This document shows, in pieces, positions 53,401 to 62,700 of a stretch of DNA of 64,000 bases (positions within the stretch are counted from its first letter, which is position 1; every line of letters begins with the position of its first letter). The DNA comes from Antedon mediterranea. Taxonomy: Eukaryota; Animalia; Echinodermata. The stretch covers positions 982,201 through 1,046,200 of the forward strand of contig NC_092670.1 in assembly GCF_964355755.1 (NCBI RefSeq), in the 5' to 3' direction. The translations under genes were made by a program, and so were the position numbers. Below the pieces are notes generated by a model that saw only the letters and a program-made list of their open reading frames with translations, ran no database searches and was not told where the DNA came from.

Positions 53401-54061
53401 AGTGTGTTGTTTGAACTAAATATTCAATGTTTTATTTTATTAAATGACTTTCCTCAATTGTAACAATAATAATAAGATACTATACAATACAAGACAATAT
53501 GCCACATCCTCGGGCTGTATAATCCAGTCAGTTATATCAAGTAAAATTGAAAAAAAAGAAAAAACAAACATATAGGAATCCTATCCTCTCTCAACCAAAT
53601 AAATCATCGATTTAATATTTTAATATTATACAATTATGTTTGTGTGACCTACCTAGACGCTTTGTTAACATAAAATATACAATATGTAATAGTCTTAGCT
53701 GGAAAATATATAAGGACAATTGGGGAGGGACGAGTTTACAAAATATATTCCATACTTTCTATGCCAGGCCGATGCTAGCTAGCCGTTCTCCTCAACCTCG
53801 GTGACCCGCCGCGGTAGATCTGATTTCTTCAGTCAACCGTAGCTAGCCCTTCATCAGTCTGAAGTTTAGGCCTAACAAACAAGTGATGTTTCTACTGTCT
53901 AAATGTGTTTATATAGCTAACTAAGTAACCTACTAAAATTTAAATTAGAAACTCACCTTCTTAAAAGAGAATAGCTCCTTCTTTAGTTTTTCTCTTTCAG
54001 CACTTGTATGTCCACCTCCCTTACGTTTGAATAGATTCCGAACTCTTGATGCAGCCGACAT
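14969..54061 (-). CDS. LLGL: Lethal(2) giant larvae homolog (LLGL/Lgl), complete multi-exon gene span, about 1149 aa with the 84-nt cassette (1155 aa if the 18-nt microexon is added)
   Basis: Hand-joined GT-AG exons keep frame from the ATG (54059-54061) to the TGA (14969-14971). Recognisable Lgl motifs: [83 protein letters not shown], the polybasic aPKC site KSVKKSLR and C-terminal [10 protein letters not shown]. There is no tomosyn R-SNARE tail. Confidence 0.96.
15735..15776 (-). CDS. LLGL: Candidate alternative LLGL stop-containing exon (PAAK*)
   Basis: Acceptor ttttattttgggtttacag, then CCA GCA GCT AAA TAG; CAG/GTAAAT donor; phase 0. Confidence 0.45.
16183..16416. repeat. 27-bp minisatellite (~8 copies)
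   Basis: Unit CTCATTAACATATTAATTAGTATGTAT; explains the spurious [11 protein letters not shown]. Confidence 0.93.
16423..16469 (-). CDS. LLGL: LLGL penultimate exon ([16 protein letters not shown])
   Basis: 47 nt, acceptor ttttctctctgctacttag, GTTAGC donor, phase 1 to 0. Confidence 0.7.
16830..16911. repeat. 26-bp tandem repeat (3 copies)
   Basis: Unit TACTGAGAATATTGTGCAATGCTGCT. Confidence 0.9.
17156..17341. mobile_element. MITE family A copy (TIR AAGCTCTGTCTACACTATCAA), probably Harbinger-like
   Basis: TAAAGCTCTGTCTACACTATCAA ... TTGATAGTGTACACAGAGTTTA; internal GATGTGCCC and CATATCACTAC repeats. Confidence 0.75.
17567..17583 (-). CDS. LLGL: LLGL 17-nt microexon (A-QEKSE)
   Basis: Strong T-rich acceptor ttattttgcag and GTATGT donor. 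Converts phase 2 to phase 1, as the next exon requires. Confidence 0.72.
17792..17906 (-). CDS. LLGL: LLGL C-terminal exon ([38 protein letters not shown])
   Basis: 115 nt, ttgtag acceptor, GTAAGT donor. [10 protein letters not shown] resembles the conserved Lgl C-terminal motif. Confidence 0.85.
19632..19715 (-). CDS. LLGL: Candidate LLGL cassette exon, 84 nt ([28 protein letters not shown])
   Basis: Strong acceptor ttttctttctacag, phase 1/1, acidic open frame; weaker GTGAAA donor. Confidence 0.6.
19861..20265. repeat. 31-bp minisatellite (~13 copies)
   Basis: Unit CATTAATTAATGGATCTGTAACACATGGTTA. Confidence 0.95.
20653..20960 (-). CDS. LLGL: LLGL exon 19 ([13 protein letters not shown] followed by an E/A/K-rich low-complexity tail)
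   Basis: 308 nt; ERFSLSAR continuity across the junction; GTAAAT donor. Confidence 0.9.
21438..21630 (-). CDS. LLGL: LLGL exon 18 (...[19 protein letters not shown]...[12 protein letters not shown])
   Basis: 193 nt, LTNLGD and GFYLxSPSExER motifs. Confidence 0.95.
21930..22035 (-). CDS. LLGL: LLGL exon 17 ([35 protein letters not shown])
   Basis: 106 nt, VFxLPK...KxKLTAxxG motif. Confidence 0.94.
22470..22633 (-). CDS. LLGL: LLGL exon 16 ([12 protein letters not shown]...[10 protein letters not shown])
   Basis: 164 nt, KEIxLxHxAPVV and SEEQFK motifs. Confidence 0.95.
22761..23025 (-). CDS. LLGL: LLGL exon 15 (...[29 protein letters not shown]...LWVGSNAG...)
   Basis: 265 nt, VRCLYF and LWxGxNxG motifs, GTAAGT donor. 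Confidence 0.94.
23225..23689 (-). CDS. LLGL: LLGL exon 14, containing the polybasic aPKC phosphorylation region
   Basis: 465-nt open frame: FVWKGHE...GFQP...PPAAITAL...[16 protein letters not shown]...[22 protein letters not shown]. Confidence 0.95.
23831..24852 (-). mobile_element. 5'-truncated, frameshifted L2/CR1-group LINE (RT C-terminal half)
   Basis: [48 protein letters not shown] and LRELHWLPI motifs; (TAA)n tail at 23831-23846. Confidence 0.93.
24861..25013 (-). CDS. LLGL: LLGL exon 13 ([36 protein letters not shown]...)
   Basis: 153 nt, [11 protein letters not shown] motif, GTAAAT donor. Confidence 0.96.
25254..25478 (-). CDS. LLGL: LLGL exon 12 (EWPLNGG...[17 protein letters not shown]...EEWPPFRK)
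   Basis: 225 nt, phase 0/0, hallmark Lgl motifs. Confidence 0.96.
25807..25954 (-). CDS. LLGL: LLGL exon 11 ([27 protein letters not shown]...)
   Basis: 148 nt, PYLxxLHxSAITC motif, GTAAGT donor. Confidence 0.95.
26264..26398. repeat. 23-bp tandem repeat (~6 decaying copies)
   Basis: Unit CATAGCTGACCACATGACGTGTT. Confidence 0.88.
26419..26491 (-). CDS. LLGL: LLGL exon 10 ([25 protein letters not shown])
   Basis: 73 nt, conserved VLxEEELVxxDL motif. Confidence 0.94.
27424..27578 (-). CDS. LLGL: LLGL exon 9 ([26 protein letters not shown]...[11 protein letters not shown])
   Basis: 155 nt, LLGL-domain signature, ttgcag acceptor, GTGAGT donor. Confidence 0.96.
27751..27802 (-). CDS. LLGL: LLGL exon 8 ([17 protein letters not shown])
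   Basis: 52 nt, conserved PYGPFPCK across the junction, GTAAGT donor. Confidence 0.93.
27968..28178 (-). CDS. LLGL: LLGL exon 7 ([14 protein letters not shown]...[11 protein letters not shown]...TTPY)
   Basis: 211 nt, ctctcag acceptor, GTAATT donor, WD40 motifs. Confidence 0.94.
28507..29660 (-). mobile_element. Helentron/HINE (DINE-1-like) non-autonomous unit A
   Basis: Terminus ACTAGATTTGAACTCGTCACTACGGACGAGTT (hairpin) plus GGTTATCCGC subterminal repeat; body closely similar to 31247-32478. Confidence 0.7.
29661..31246 (-). mobile_element. Helentron/HINE-like unit B (related subfamily with internal duplication)
   Basis: Starts ACTAGATTTGAACTCGTCACTTTGACGAGTT and ends with the palindrome GGTTATCCGCAACTTAAAGTTGCGGATAACC. 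Confidence 0.7.
31247..32478 (-). mobile_element. Helentron/HINE-like unit C
   Basis: Same hairpin terminus as unit A; ends with an A-rich tract and the palindrome GGTTATCCGCCAAGAGCGGATAACC. Confidence 0.72.
32499..32571 (-). CDS. LLGL: LLGL exon 6 ([24 protein letters not shown])
   Basis: 73 nt, ccttcag acceptor, GTAAGA donor, phases consistent. Confidence 0.93.
34395..34967. repeat. 44-bp minisatellite, left block (~13 copies)
   Basis: Unit GAATACACAGGGGGATAGTGCTTAAAGTGTGTGACTCCAC(CC/TA)TT, no spacers. Confidence 0.97.
34968..37319 (-). mobile_element. 5'-truncated Rex1/Babar-like LINE, interrupted by a Helitron
   Basis: [52 protein letters not shown] and [11 protein letters not shown] motifs; AATAAA and a (TATGAC)n tail near 34968-35002. 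Confidence 0.92.
35573..36966 (+). mobile_element. Non-autonomous Helitron (5' TC ... 3' CTAG, inserted between A and T)
   Basis: Starts TCTATATATAAA and ends with the hairpin CTAGATGGTACGC-GAGCGAAGCGA-GCGTACCATCTAG. No TSD. Excision restores the RT frame (LNWINNVNKAT). Confidence 0.9.
37320..38160. repeat. 44-bp minisatellite, right block (~19 copies)
   Basis: Same unit and same CC/TA variants as the left block. Confidence 0.97.
39819..40001. mobile_element. pogo/Tigger-like MITE containing a half copy of MITE family A (~39870-39929)
   Basis: TA|CAGTAGAACTCC ... GGAATTCTACTG|TA with GGGACAC subterminal repeats; inner GGGCACATCAC...TTGATAGTGTAGACAGAGCTTTA. Confidence 0.65.
40170..40313 (-). 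CDS. LLGL: LLGL exon 5 ([47 protein letters not shown])
   Basis: 144 nt, catcag acceptor, GTAAGT donor, LGTEGG motif. Confidence 0.94.
40636..40787. mobile_element. MITE family A copy
   Basis: Same termini and GTGATGTGCCCAAATATGGTAGTGATATG core as 17156-17341. Confidence 0.7.
41019..41036 (-). CDS. LLGL: Candidate 18-nt frame-preserving microexon of LLGL (inserts AKKDPE)
   Basis: Long pyrimidine tract ctcatttctttcatatttcacttctgccag, exon TGCTAAAAAGGACCCAGA, donor GTACGT. Phase 2/2, no stop codon. Confidence 0.6.
41526..41635 (-). CDS. LLGL: LLGL exon 4 ([37 protein letters not shown])
   Basis: ttcttcag acceptor, GTGAGT donor, WD40 repeat motif DDNTLHLWE. Confidence 0.94.
41763..41844 (-). 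CDS. LLGL: LLGL exon 3 ([27 protein letters not shown])
   Basis: 82 nt, phase matches exon 2. Preceded by a TCCTTGAC branch site and AG; GTAAGT donor. Confidence 0.94.
43147..43418 (+). mobile_element. tRNA-derived SINE (Deu/Nin-like core)
   Basis: A box TAGCCGAGTGG (tandemly duplicated), B box GGTTCAATTCC, core GTCCACTCAGCTGTAAATGAGTACCTGG, CCTTTA-repeat tail. Confidence 0.78.
44276..45192. repeat. 22-bp minisatellite (~42 copies)
   Basis: Unit GTCTATGGCCTGT(A/G)A(T/C)ATGAAT. Confidence 0.97.
47418..47541. repeat. 62-bp tandem duplication
   Basis: CAATACCGCATTCCAAACGCCCTCTCCAACTGTAC...CACGTTCATGAC, two copies. Confidence 0.9.
49621..50705. mobile_element. Non-autonomous PIF/Harbinger-like DNA transposon (~1.1 kb)
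   Basis: Perfect TIRs over 40 bp (GGCCCTGTTCAGACCCATGGCGTTAGACCGTTTTAGCGTAC), flanked by TAA and TTA; internal GTCTGAACA and AGCGTAC repeats. Confidence 0.88.
51941..52132. mobile_element. Degenerate hAT-like MITE remnant
   Basis: TAGCCAGGGGGGTTCG ... CGAATCCACTGGCTA inverted ends. Confidence 0.4.
52332..52429 (-). CDS. LLGL: LLGL exon 2 ([33 protein letters not shown])
   Basis: ttggcag acceptor, 98 nt, followed by the U12-type donor GTATCCTTT. Confidence 0.95.
52885..53038. mobile_element. Degenerate hAT-like MITE remnant
   Basis: TAGTGCTGTAGCCAC ... GTGGTTACGGCCCTG inverted ends. Confidence 0.4.
53957..54061 (-). CDS. LLGL: LLGL exon 1 ([35 protein letters not shown])
   Basis: ATG in an accATG context, 105 nt, GTGAGT donor. 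Resembles the vertebrate LLGL1 N-terminus (REKLKQELFAFNK). Confidence 0.93.
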
Positions 54062-57000
54062 GGTTAGGCCTAACTCCAATTTTTCCAGTTAGTGCAAGTC
54101 GTCCAGCAGGTTCACACACGATTGAAGTTTAAATATTTCTGTATGTTAAGAGCAACAAAATAAATAAAATATCCTGGACTTGTGGAATGAAATCAAGGTA
54201 ATATTAATATAAAAATCACAGATCAAAACAGATAAATTGAACACACCTATTTTCTGAAGAAAACACCGGTATTTCAACCGGCTTCGCACTTACCAAACTG
54301 GCACACCGCGAACTGAAGTTCATTGAGCGAACACCACCAATATGGAAATCAAGCGCCACACAAAATACATAACCCACATTGGGCAATCAGTGTAACTAAT
54401 TTCAATATCCCTACGCCATATTATTTGATATTTTCACCATTATCTCAGCTTATCATTAGCTATAACTATCCTGTATAACCATAATATTTTCATTAAAACT
54501 CACTATGATAAAATAGCATAATCATATTGGTTAGCTGGAGTGTTTTGCAGTCATTCATTATACCACATTACCACATGTGTTCATCCGCACATAGGTGTGA
54601 CCCTATATCCAGAAAGCATTGGCGTTAAGTCAATTAAAATAGATCTATATTGATACTGTACTTATAATAAATAATACTACAGTATTTAGTAATTAATATT
54701 TATTCGATCACCCAAAACAATAACCAGGAGTGAGAATAAGTTAAATCCCAAACAGAGCCGTATTAATCTTTACCGATGTACTCACTCTTTTAAATTAAGA
54801 TAAGAGTCCAAATACCACATTCAAACTCCGTTTTATTTATTAATCATTTTTAACAATTTCATTTAACATTTTGAAAATGTATGCAGATGGTTATTAATGC
54901 TTGGCTGTGCCACAATATCATGGAGATATGTATCATACGATGGAACGGCGCTTTTTCATTGTGGTTCCGAGAAGGCCCTGATCCCTTTAGACCCTAATAT
55001 AAAGTCTGAAGTTTATTAATCTTTATTTTTCATGTCGAGGAGTAGCCCTTGTGTTTATCATATCAGTTGATGATCGAATACAAACAGTAAGCACTTAAAT
55101 TGACTAAACAAATCCCAATAGGGCCTAAGTTTCATCTTCATAAGTTATCATAAATAATAGTATGACTCTGTGATACCCCAATAAAACCCAGATTAACGGC
55201 TTCTAAGATATTTGTTTTAAATATCAAAATAGACCTTTATCATCAACACTCTCCATCTCCGAATAACGCGTCCTTGATACAGCAAAATATTAATTATTGC
55301 CGTTTTATTTTTAGTTTGCGCCATGTCGTCACAAACACTTTCAACATCATTACCTTGATTATCATCACATGGCTTAAGGATAAAAGTAGTATCTAATTTT
55401 ATACTTACATGCGTCACTATACAGCATCCGAAATTATGAAAACAGAACTTACTTTTAAAAGGATAATATATCCACAAATAATCCTTAAATAAAACAATCG
55501 TTTTGTCATGTAACTAAATATTTAATATTTCAAAAAGATGTTTTGCTGTCGTCTGCTGATTCAGAAAAGAGACGCGCTCTCGTGTGAGATATCGTCTGTT
55601 AGCTTTTGACGACAAACAAAAGATTTCCAAACTCTTTGTCCTCAGTGCTGTGTTTGAGTACATTCAGCCGACTGTGTACCATTAAACAAAGAATACAGAT
55701 TATTTTCTTTCAATTTCATTACTAATCTATTGAATGGAGTGGTTCTAATCAATCGATAGATCATAGGTTATCAATAAGTGGCAAGTCTGTCTCGAAGATT
55801 TTGCACGATGATAAAAACGACCGGTGTGACTCTGGAAGTTATCAAAAGAACACGCGGCTCTGGAACTTCGATTGTTCCAGTACGGCACAGTCCAATGGAA
55901 AATATATATTATAATACTAATAATGCTAATATTTAAATATCATTTTACAGAACTTTGAAAGATGAGAAAATAATAATATTGAAAATAAGTTATTTGAATG
56001 CAAATGTTTGGTTGTGAAGGAAATGTGAAAAACGTTGAAACTCACCCAACGTTTCGTGCGTTGTCAACACACTTTCTAAAATTCAAAAAATCTTTGAAGG
56101 AGATACATTCATTTAGTTTAGATAGAACAGATAACATACTACAATTGGAAGAAGGTTAACTGATGGAGCAGCCACCACCAGTAAGCAGATAACATATAAT
56201 AACTGTAAGTAAACTACCAGTAGATAAAAAGACAGATAAAATGAGAACAAATAGAGAAGTTATCTGCAATTAAAAGTGGTGGGAGAAGATAAGCTACTAA
56301 AAGAAAATAGACAGAAAGGAAAGCAAATTAGTGAACAATATTGGGAGAAAATTAACTCTTTCTACTAGTAGAGAAATGAAACAATATTAGGGGATGTTAA
56401 CTGCAACGAATTTGCCAGTAGACATAGAGGACAGCTGTAATGAAACAATATTGAGAGAAGATAACTGTTGTGAATTTGCCAGCAGATAGAAAGACAAATG
56501 AAAGGAACATTGCGTAAAAAGATCGTTAGAGAAGGTCCGTTAAATCTAGTTTTAACAGGTTGTTGGATTGTTCTATTCTATATTATACAGATCTTTTACT
56601 GCAGTTACTACTGTAATTATAGGCCTATCTTATAAAATGGTTACGCTACACTATTGTCATTGTGCTTACCGTTACTTTGAGGTTCTTAATTTAGAGTTTC
56701 CATTATTGTTCGTTCGTTTCTTTCCCTGGGAAACTTTATGAAAATATAGGTGGCGCTATACCAATTGTTCCAAATGATAGAGTTGCTTACTTCTTTATAT
56801 TATTCAATAGTAATGTTATGTAATTATTTAACAATTTAATATTAACGATGTATTGTCCCCCAGAAAATTTTAATGATTTTAATCTAATAGTTATTCATTT
56901 TGACCAAAAATTCGATCGAAAAACAAATGTATTTACCTAAAAAACTGTAATTTTAAGCAAAAAATAGTTAAACTGGCTCCCAGTCAATGGTTTTTTAGGA

Positions 57001-57676
57001 TTGAATTTAACCATTTATAAGTGAAAACATTAATTGTCTCCGGTTTCTTTCTACAGACGTGATTAACTTGATTAAAACTACAAAATCATCTATTCAAAGT
57101 CTGATTTTATTAATCTTTATTGAGATACATAAATACATATTTAACCTTTAATTCATCCATGATTGTAAAATTTATTCATCGTTTTAATGCGATTATACTG
57201 TGGTATCTCATATCGTACACAAAAAAAAAAAAAAAAGTTTATTTTAGGAATGTCTGAATTTAATCTTAATTTACAGCGAGGCACAATCAAATGTTAAAAA
57301 ATAAATTTCTTTTTTGTGTTGCTAATGTTGCTATGCAAAAGCATTATTGTACATTATTTCATAAAACCAGTTAATAGTATATATTAAAATAGTAATGACA
57401 TTAATTAGAGTGTATTATATAACACCTAAATAAATTCCTGTCATTTGATTGGACGATTGTGGGTCACATGATAAAAAATAAGTTCCTATCAATCGCTCAA
57501 CATAGTGCAGTAGTGCATTCCGATTGTATCGAATTAAGCCCGGACATCAGTGCGAACCCTTAACAACAGCATAACAACAAGGCTTTGCACACGTTCCAGC
57601 ACTGAATTACTATAATCAGATTATTAGCACAAATGGAGACATCATTCCTGTTATTGTACAAAATAACAAATAAAGT

Positions 57677-58055
57677 ATACTAATGATACAATACAGTGTA
57701 CAAACCATTCAATAGTACCAGTGCACAATATATTAATACCAATCAACAGTGTACAAACCATTCAATAGTACCAGTGCACAATATATTAATACTAATGAAC
57801 AGTGGACAAACCATTCAATAGTACCAGTGCATAATATATTAATACTAATGAACAGTGTACAAACCATTCAATAGTACCAGTGCACAATATATTAATACTA
57901 ATGAACAGTGGACAAACCATTCAATAGTACCAGTGCATAATATATTAATACTAATGAACAGTGGACAAACCATTCAATAGTACCAGTGCACAATATATTA
58001 ATACTAATGAACAGTGTAAAAACCATTCAATAGTACCAGTGTACAATATATTAAT
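57677..58055. repeat. 53-bp minisatellite (~7 copies)
   Basis: Unit ACAGTGTACAAACCATTCAATAGTACCAGTGCACAATATATTAATACTAATGA. Confidence 0.95.
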
Positions 58056-59574
58056 CTCTCAATAAACATCATAATCATTTTTCTGGATATTCAATTCTAC
58101 AAGATTGGTAGTGTACAAAACTATTCAACAGTTTCACTACAAATACTTCAATTGCAAAATATCTTATAAAAATCTTATTTACATTTTCTACACCTTTATT
58201 TACACTTTTTAAATATTCACCCTGACATAGACATTTTTTTTGCTTCCACAATTTCAAATTTATGATTGAAGAATTGGTAATAAGGCACCTCATGCCGCTA
58301 AAACTTTGTAAAACCATTAGAAAAGGGCCCCTTAGCTTACTGGAAAATTAGACTACACCACTGAAGGGAAATCAAGTACATTCTTATAACTAAAATAGAA
58401 AAAAGAAATGAGTAAACTTTACAAGAAAATTAAATAAAATGCACATTTCACTAAGTAAAACTATTCAACAATCTTCGGCTTCTGAAATTAAACACAATCA
58501 CATAAAAAATTGTTGGAACAGAAAGAAGGAACAAAACAAACGCAATTCCTAAATAAAAACAACATAATATATACAATACTTAATTGATAATAATAATAAT
58601 AACTCTGATGGGGATGAGAAAACAAACAGTTTTCTCTGCACAAAGAATCCATGCCTGTACTTCGAACATAAATATTTCCTTCATTTGTTCGCATTTTTAT
58701 TATTTAGGCTAGCCTACTACAAGTTTCAGTTCCGTTTGACTTTTGCTTTTCAATTGTTTTATTTATTATTATAATTGAAGGAATGAATGTTTATTTTAAA
58801 GTTTACAAATTCTAGCTAATCTGAAATGATTGATTTATTTATTTTTTGCATCATCATATTATCAAGGTGTAATTAACTGTAGTACTTTGTTGAAGAATAT
58901 TCTAATAAAACACAAATGTCAGCACACATGGTATAAAGTATTCAAATACTAAGGCATTGGATAAACCAATCACGCCACTTGATGTAAGTCATGTGACAAT
59001 TCTAAATTCTGGAATGATAAACGTGGCACAAGTTGTATATGGTAGAATAGAAATGGAAACATTTCACTTGTTTTTGGCAAAGAATCATTAACCTTTTACA
59101 TTATTTTTTTCTTCCAAAAGTCACTAAAATACTAATTAATCATTAAAATATATTTGCGGTTTTAAAATTCATGCATACGGTATTCTATATTGGTATTCCA
59201 TTAAAAATATCTTGTATTCATAAAATAAACAAGTTTTTATTAAACTTGATTTTAAGTAAAATTCATTTAAAAGGTTTACATTTTAAAATATTGATCCTTT
59301 ACAAAATATTTCAGTAAAACTTGTATAAAATTGATATTTCATTTTGTAAACATTTTGTATCATGTAATTATTATGAATAAGCTTTCATAAACAGTGTTAC
59401 AAAGACAAAAAGTATATTTTTGTTCCACATAGGTTTGAAATGATAGGCCTAAATAGTACAACCTAACATTGGTAGTATGCTTAGAATGGAAGCATACATT
59501 TGAGTGAGAACTTTAGGCCAAAGTATTCCTAACATAGGTAGATACATAATCGTTTACAATCGGAGAACTAAACG

Positions 59575-59721
59575 TCATGAGGATTTAGAGGAACTACTCT
59601 TTGACCTAGGCTGGATCTCCAGTAGAGATGGGTTGTGTTCAAGGATTCGTGTCAAGATATGACCAATGTATTCTCGTAGCTCTACTGAGATCTTCTCTTC
59701 GTCTCGTAAAGCTTGCATAAT
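59575..59721 (-). CDS. RAB11FIP4: RAB11FIP3/4 terminal exon (FIP-RBD)
   Basis: IMQALRDEEKISVELREYIGHILTRILEHNPSLLEIQPRSKSSSSKSS*; ttcttag acceptor. Confidence 0.9.
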   Translation of the reverse strand: MMQALRDEEKISVELREYIGHILTRILEHNPSLLEIQPRSKSSSSKSS

Positions 59722-62700
59722 CTAAGAAAGAAAACAATATTTGTTGGTTAAAATTATTATTATGTATTGTTCCCCAAAGACATGAAAAAATGAAGATTAA
59801 TAAAAACAGATTTTGATTAGGCCATTTTTCAGTTTTAATAAATCACTTTTGGAGAAAGAAAACTCCCCCAAAAAATAATGTTCCTTATATTATAAAAAGA
59901 CTAAACAAATGGTTAAATCAACCAATTTGACTATTTTTTTGGCTTCAGATTACAGTTTTTCAGGTAAATAAGCGAATAAATTAAAATGACATTCAATAAT
60001 AATAATAAATAAACTCGCTCAAATCTGGAACCTCTGAAAACTGAAAACATTTTACTACTAGAAAGAAACGAAGTTCTTAAAATACTTACATCATCCTTGG
60101 AAGCTGTCTCAATTTCAGCAGCAAATGAAGCTGCTTTGGACACACCAGAGTGCAACAGATGTGCTGAAAAGGTCACACCTGTGGTGCTAATCACCTGTGC
60201 ATTTAATTCATCATTACTTTCTTTTAGCAAAGCATTTTCCTGCAAAATTAATAATAATAAAAAATGTATTTCTTTCATACAGTTTTTCATTTCATTTAGT
60301 GATAATTATTATACTGGATCAGGTTACTAATCTCATGTTTGTAAAGGTCTGTCTGCACTATCAAATTTATCTGACAAAAAAAATGTGATGTGCCCATATA
60401 TGGACACGACAATTTCATATCACTACCATATTTGAGAATATCACTACCATATTTGGGCACAACACATTTAAACTAGTTTGATAGTGTAGACAGAGTTTTA
60501 GTTTAATTCCAACTCAAAATGGAAATGGTGTTGTTTTTGGATGTGAGAAAGTCCTTACATCAGAAAAGATTTGACACTTTTTACATTTAGTTTTAGCTTA
60601 CCTGCTTAACTTGTTTAAACTGAATATCCAGTTCTTGAAATCTACCCGGCATGTCTAATAAACTATTACTTCGCATTAGGTTCATTTGCTGTGTCTCTTC
60701 ACGGTATCGTCTTAAATCCTCGATTTCTACGTTCATCTCATCAATTAACTAAAAAGAAAATTAAAATAATTTTATACACAGTAAAACTCTCAAAACTCTT
60801 TAGAATTAAAAAGTCAGGGCAGACTAGTCTGGTTTTTAGAATGCTTTTAGTAAAGAAAGAATTGAAATGAATTTAAATAAAGTGTAGTTTAGTTAAATAC
60901 TGGTTTTCAGACAAACAAATATTTTTCATTCAGATTTCATTCTACTACATAACTACCGTACTGACGCGGGTATAAGCCCACCCCCCTTGAACATGAAATC
61001 ACGTCAAGTTTGGGGGGGGTGGGCTTATACCCGAGGATCCAAAAATGCAGATCGTCAAAAACAGCACATGTACACTGTGTATTCCACCATGCGAGCGAGC
61101 GCCCTCACGTGTACGACGTTGCCTCTAAATACACGAGGTGTAGAGTGTCGGAAAATTAAGCTTATATAGGCTAGTTCGTGTAATTTATCGTAGAATATCT
61201 TATTTTAAACATCAATTGAACAAGAATTTATCAAGCAGAAAAGCAAGTATACAATGTTCGTTAAATAGAAATGTACCAAAGAAATTTAATAAGCTTGTTT
61301 ATGGCAGCCGATACCAAATAGTGGTTTTCCGTTTTGGCGACTTATAGCATCGTGTGTGAAGCGATCTTCGACCGCGATGGAGTGTAAACAAAACAGGACC
61401 GCTAGGCCTCATATGGCCTAGCTTGGTTATGATCAAAGGTAGGTGTATTCGGTGTATGGACGTCGCCAAATACAAAATAATGTATTACGACACGCACTGT
61501 AGATCTTCGAATTAATGGGTGGGCTTATACCCAAGTGCCTCATTTTTCATGAAAATTAGTCAAAAGTTGGGGGTGGGCTTATACCCGAGTATGGGCTTAT
61601 ACCCGCGTCAGTACGGCACACCACCTCCTCGCTTCTTTCTTCCAATTTTCATCCAATCCAATTCTTGTGTTTTCTTCCTTCTCCATATATTTTCTAGCTC
61701 ATATTTGGTCCTTTACTATTTGATCCTCAAACATCAAACACTCAAAAGTAAAAGAAAATATAAGAAGATACACTCACAACAGCATTTGTAGCCAATTCTT
61801 CTTCTAACTCTTCTTTCTCAATTCTGTATTGTTGCTGCTGACGCTGAAACTCGCTTGACAATGAAAACCATTTATCGTCTGCTTCTCTGAACGCTTTCAT
61901 CAGACGATCACGTTCTTTGCGGAGACTCTCATTTTCTTTCTTTATTTTTGGTAGGTCACCGAGAAAATCATTTCTCTCATCTTCAATTTCTGCGATTCTG
62001 TAAAAAGAAAAAATATTGTTTGGAATTGGTTTGTATACATTAAAGAATGGATCTCCAAATATGTATTTCTACTGAATGACAGTGTGACACTTGATCAGGC
62101 ACTGGCTTCAAAAGTGGTTTAGTATAGTATATCAACAACATATAAAATGAGATTGATTAGGTAGATGAATTTATGATAGAGGAAGTTGTAAACTTACTGG
62201 CTTTGAAGATTGTCTATTTCGGATCTTAATTCTTTTTCTTGTTTACTCTGAAAAACACAAATATTAGCAATTATTAATGATTATTTAGATAATGCATATC
62301 TCTTTTAAATAAATTAATATTAAGCTCTGCCTACGTTATCAAACTAGTTTGACAAAAAGGTATGATGTGCCCAAATATGATAGTGATATGACATCATCGT
62401 GTCCATATATGGCACATCACATTTTTTGATAGTTTGATAGTGTGAACAGAGGTTTAGGCTTTGGTTACTTTTGATACATTCCTAATGTGTACAGTACATA
62501 TATTTTACACATATTTATCGATGGTGTGAATATGGTATTATTAAACAGTATTACCATGGCTTCTTTATGTTTGTTCTTTATTTCTTGTTGCTCCTCTTTA
62601 ATTTTGATGTCAGTTTCTCTAATTTGCTCTTCCATCTGGTTTAACTGCTCCCTCAAATGGGTGGTTTCAGAACGCATTTTTTGCAAGAGGTCATTTCCAG

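Noticed and set aside
14969-54061. Tomosyn/STXBP5 identity for the WD40 gene
   Set aside because: It has the Lgl-specific aPKC polybasic motif, [11 protein letters not shown] and a [10 protein letters not shown] tail, and no C-terminal R-SNARE domain.
56020-56560. Possible Penelope-like retroelement remnant (ACGTTTCG motif followed by purine-rich sequence)
   Set aside because: There are no recognisable RT or GIY-YIG residues and no terminal repeat partner, so the evidence is too weak to call.
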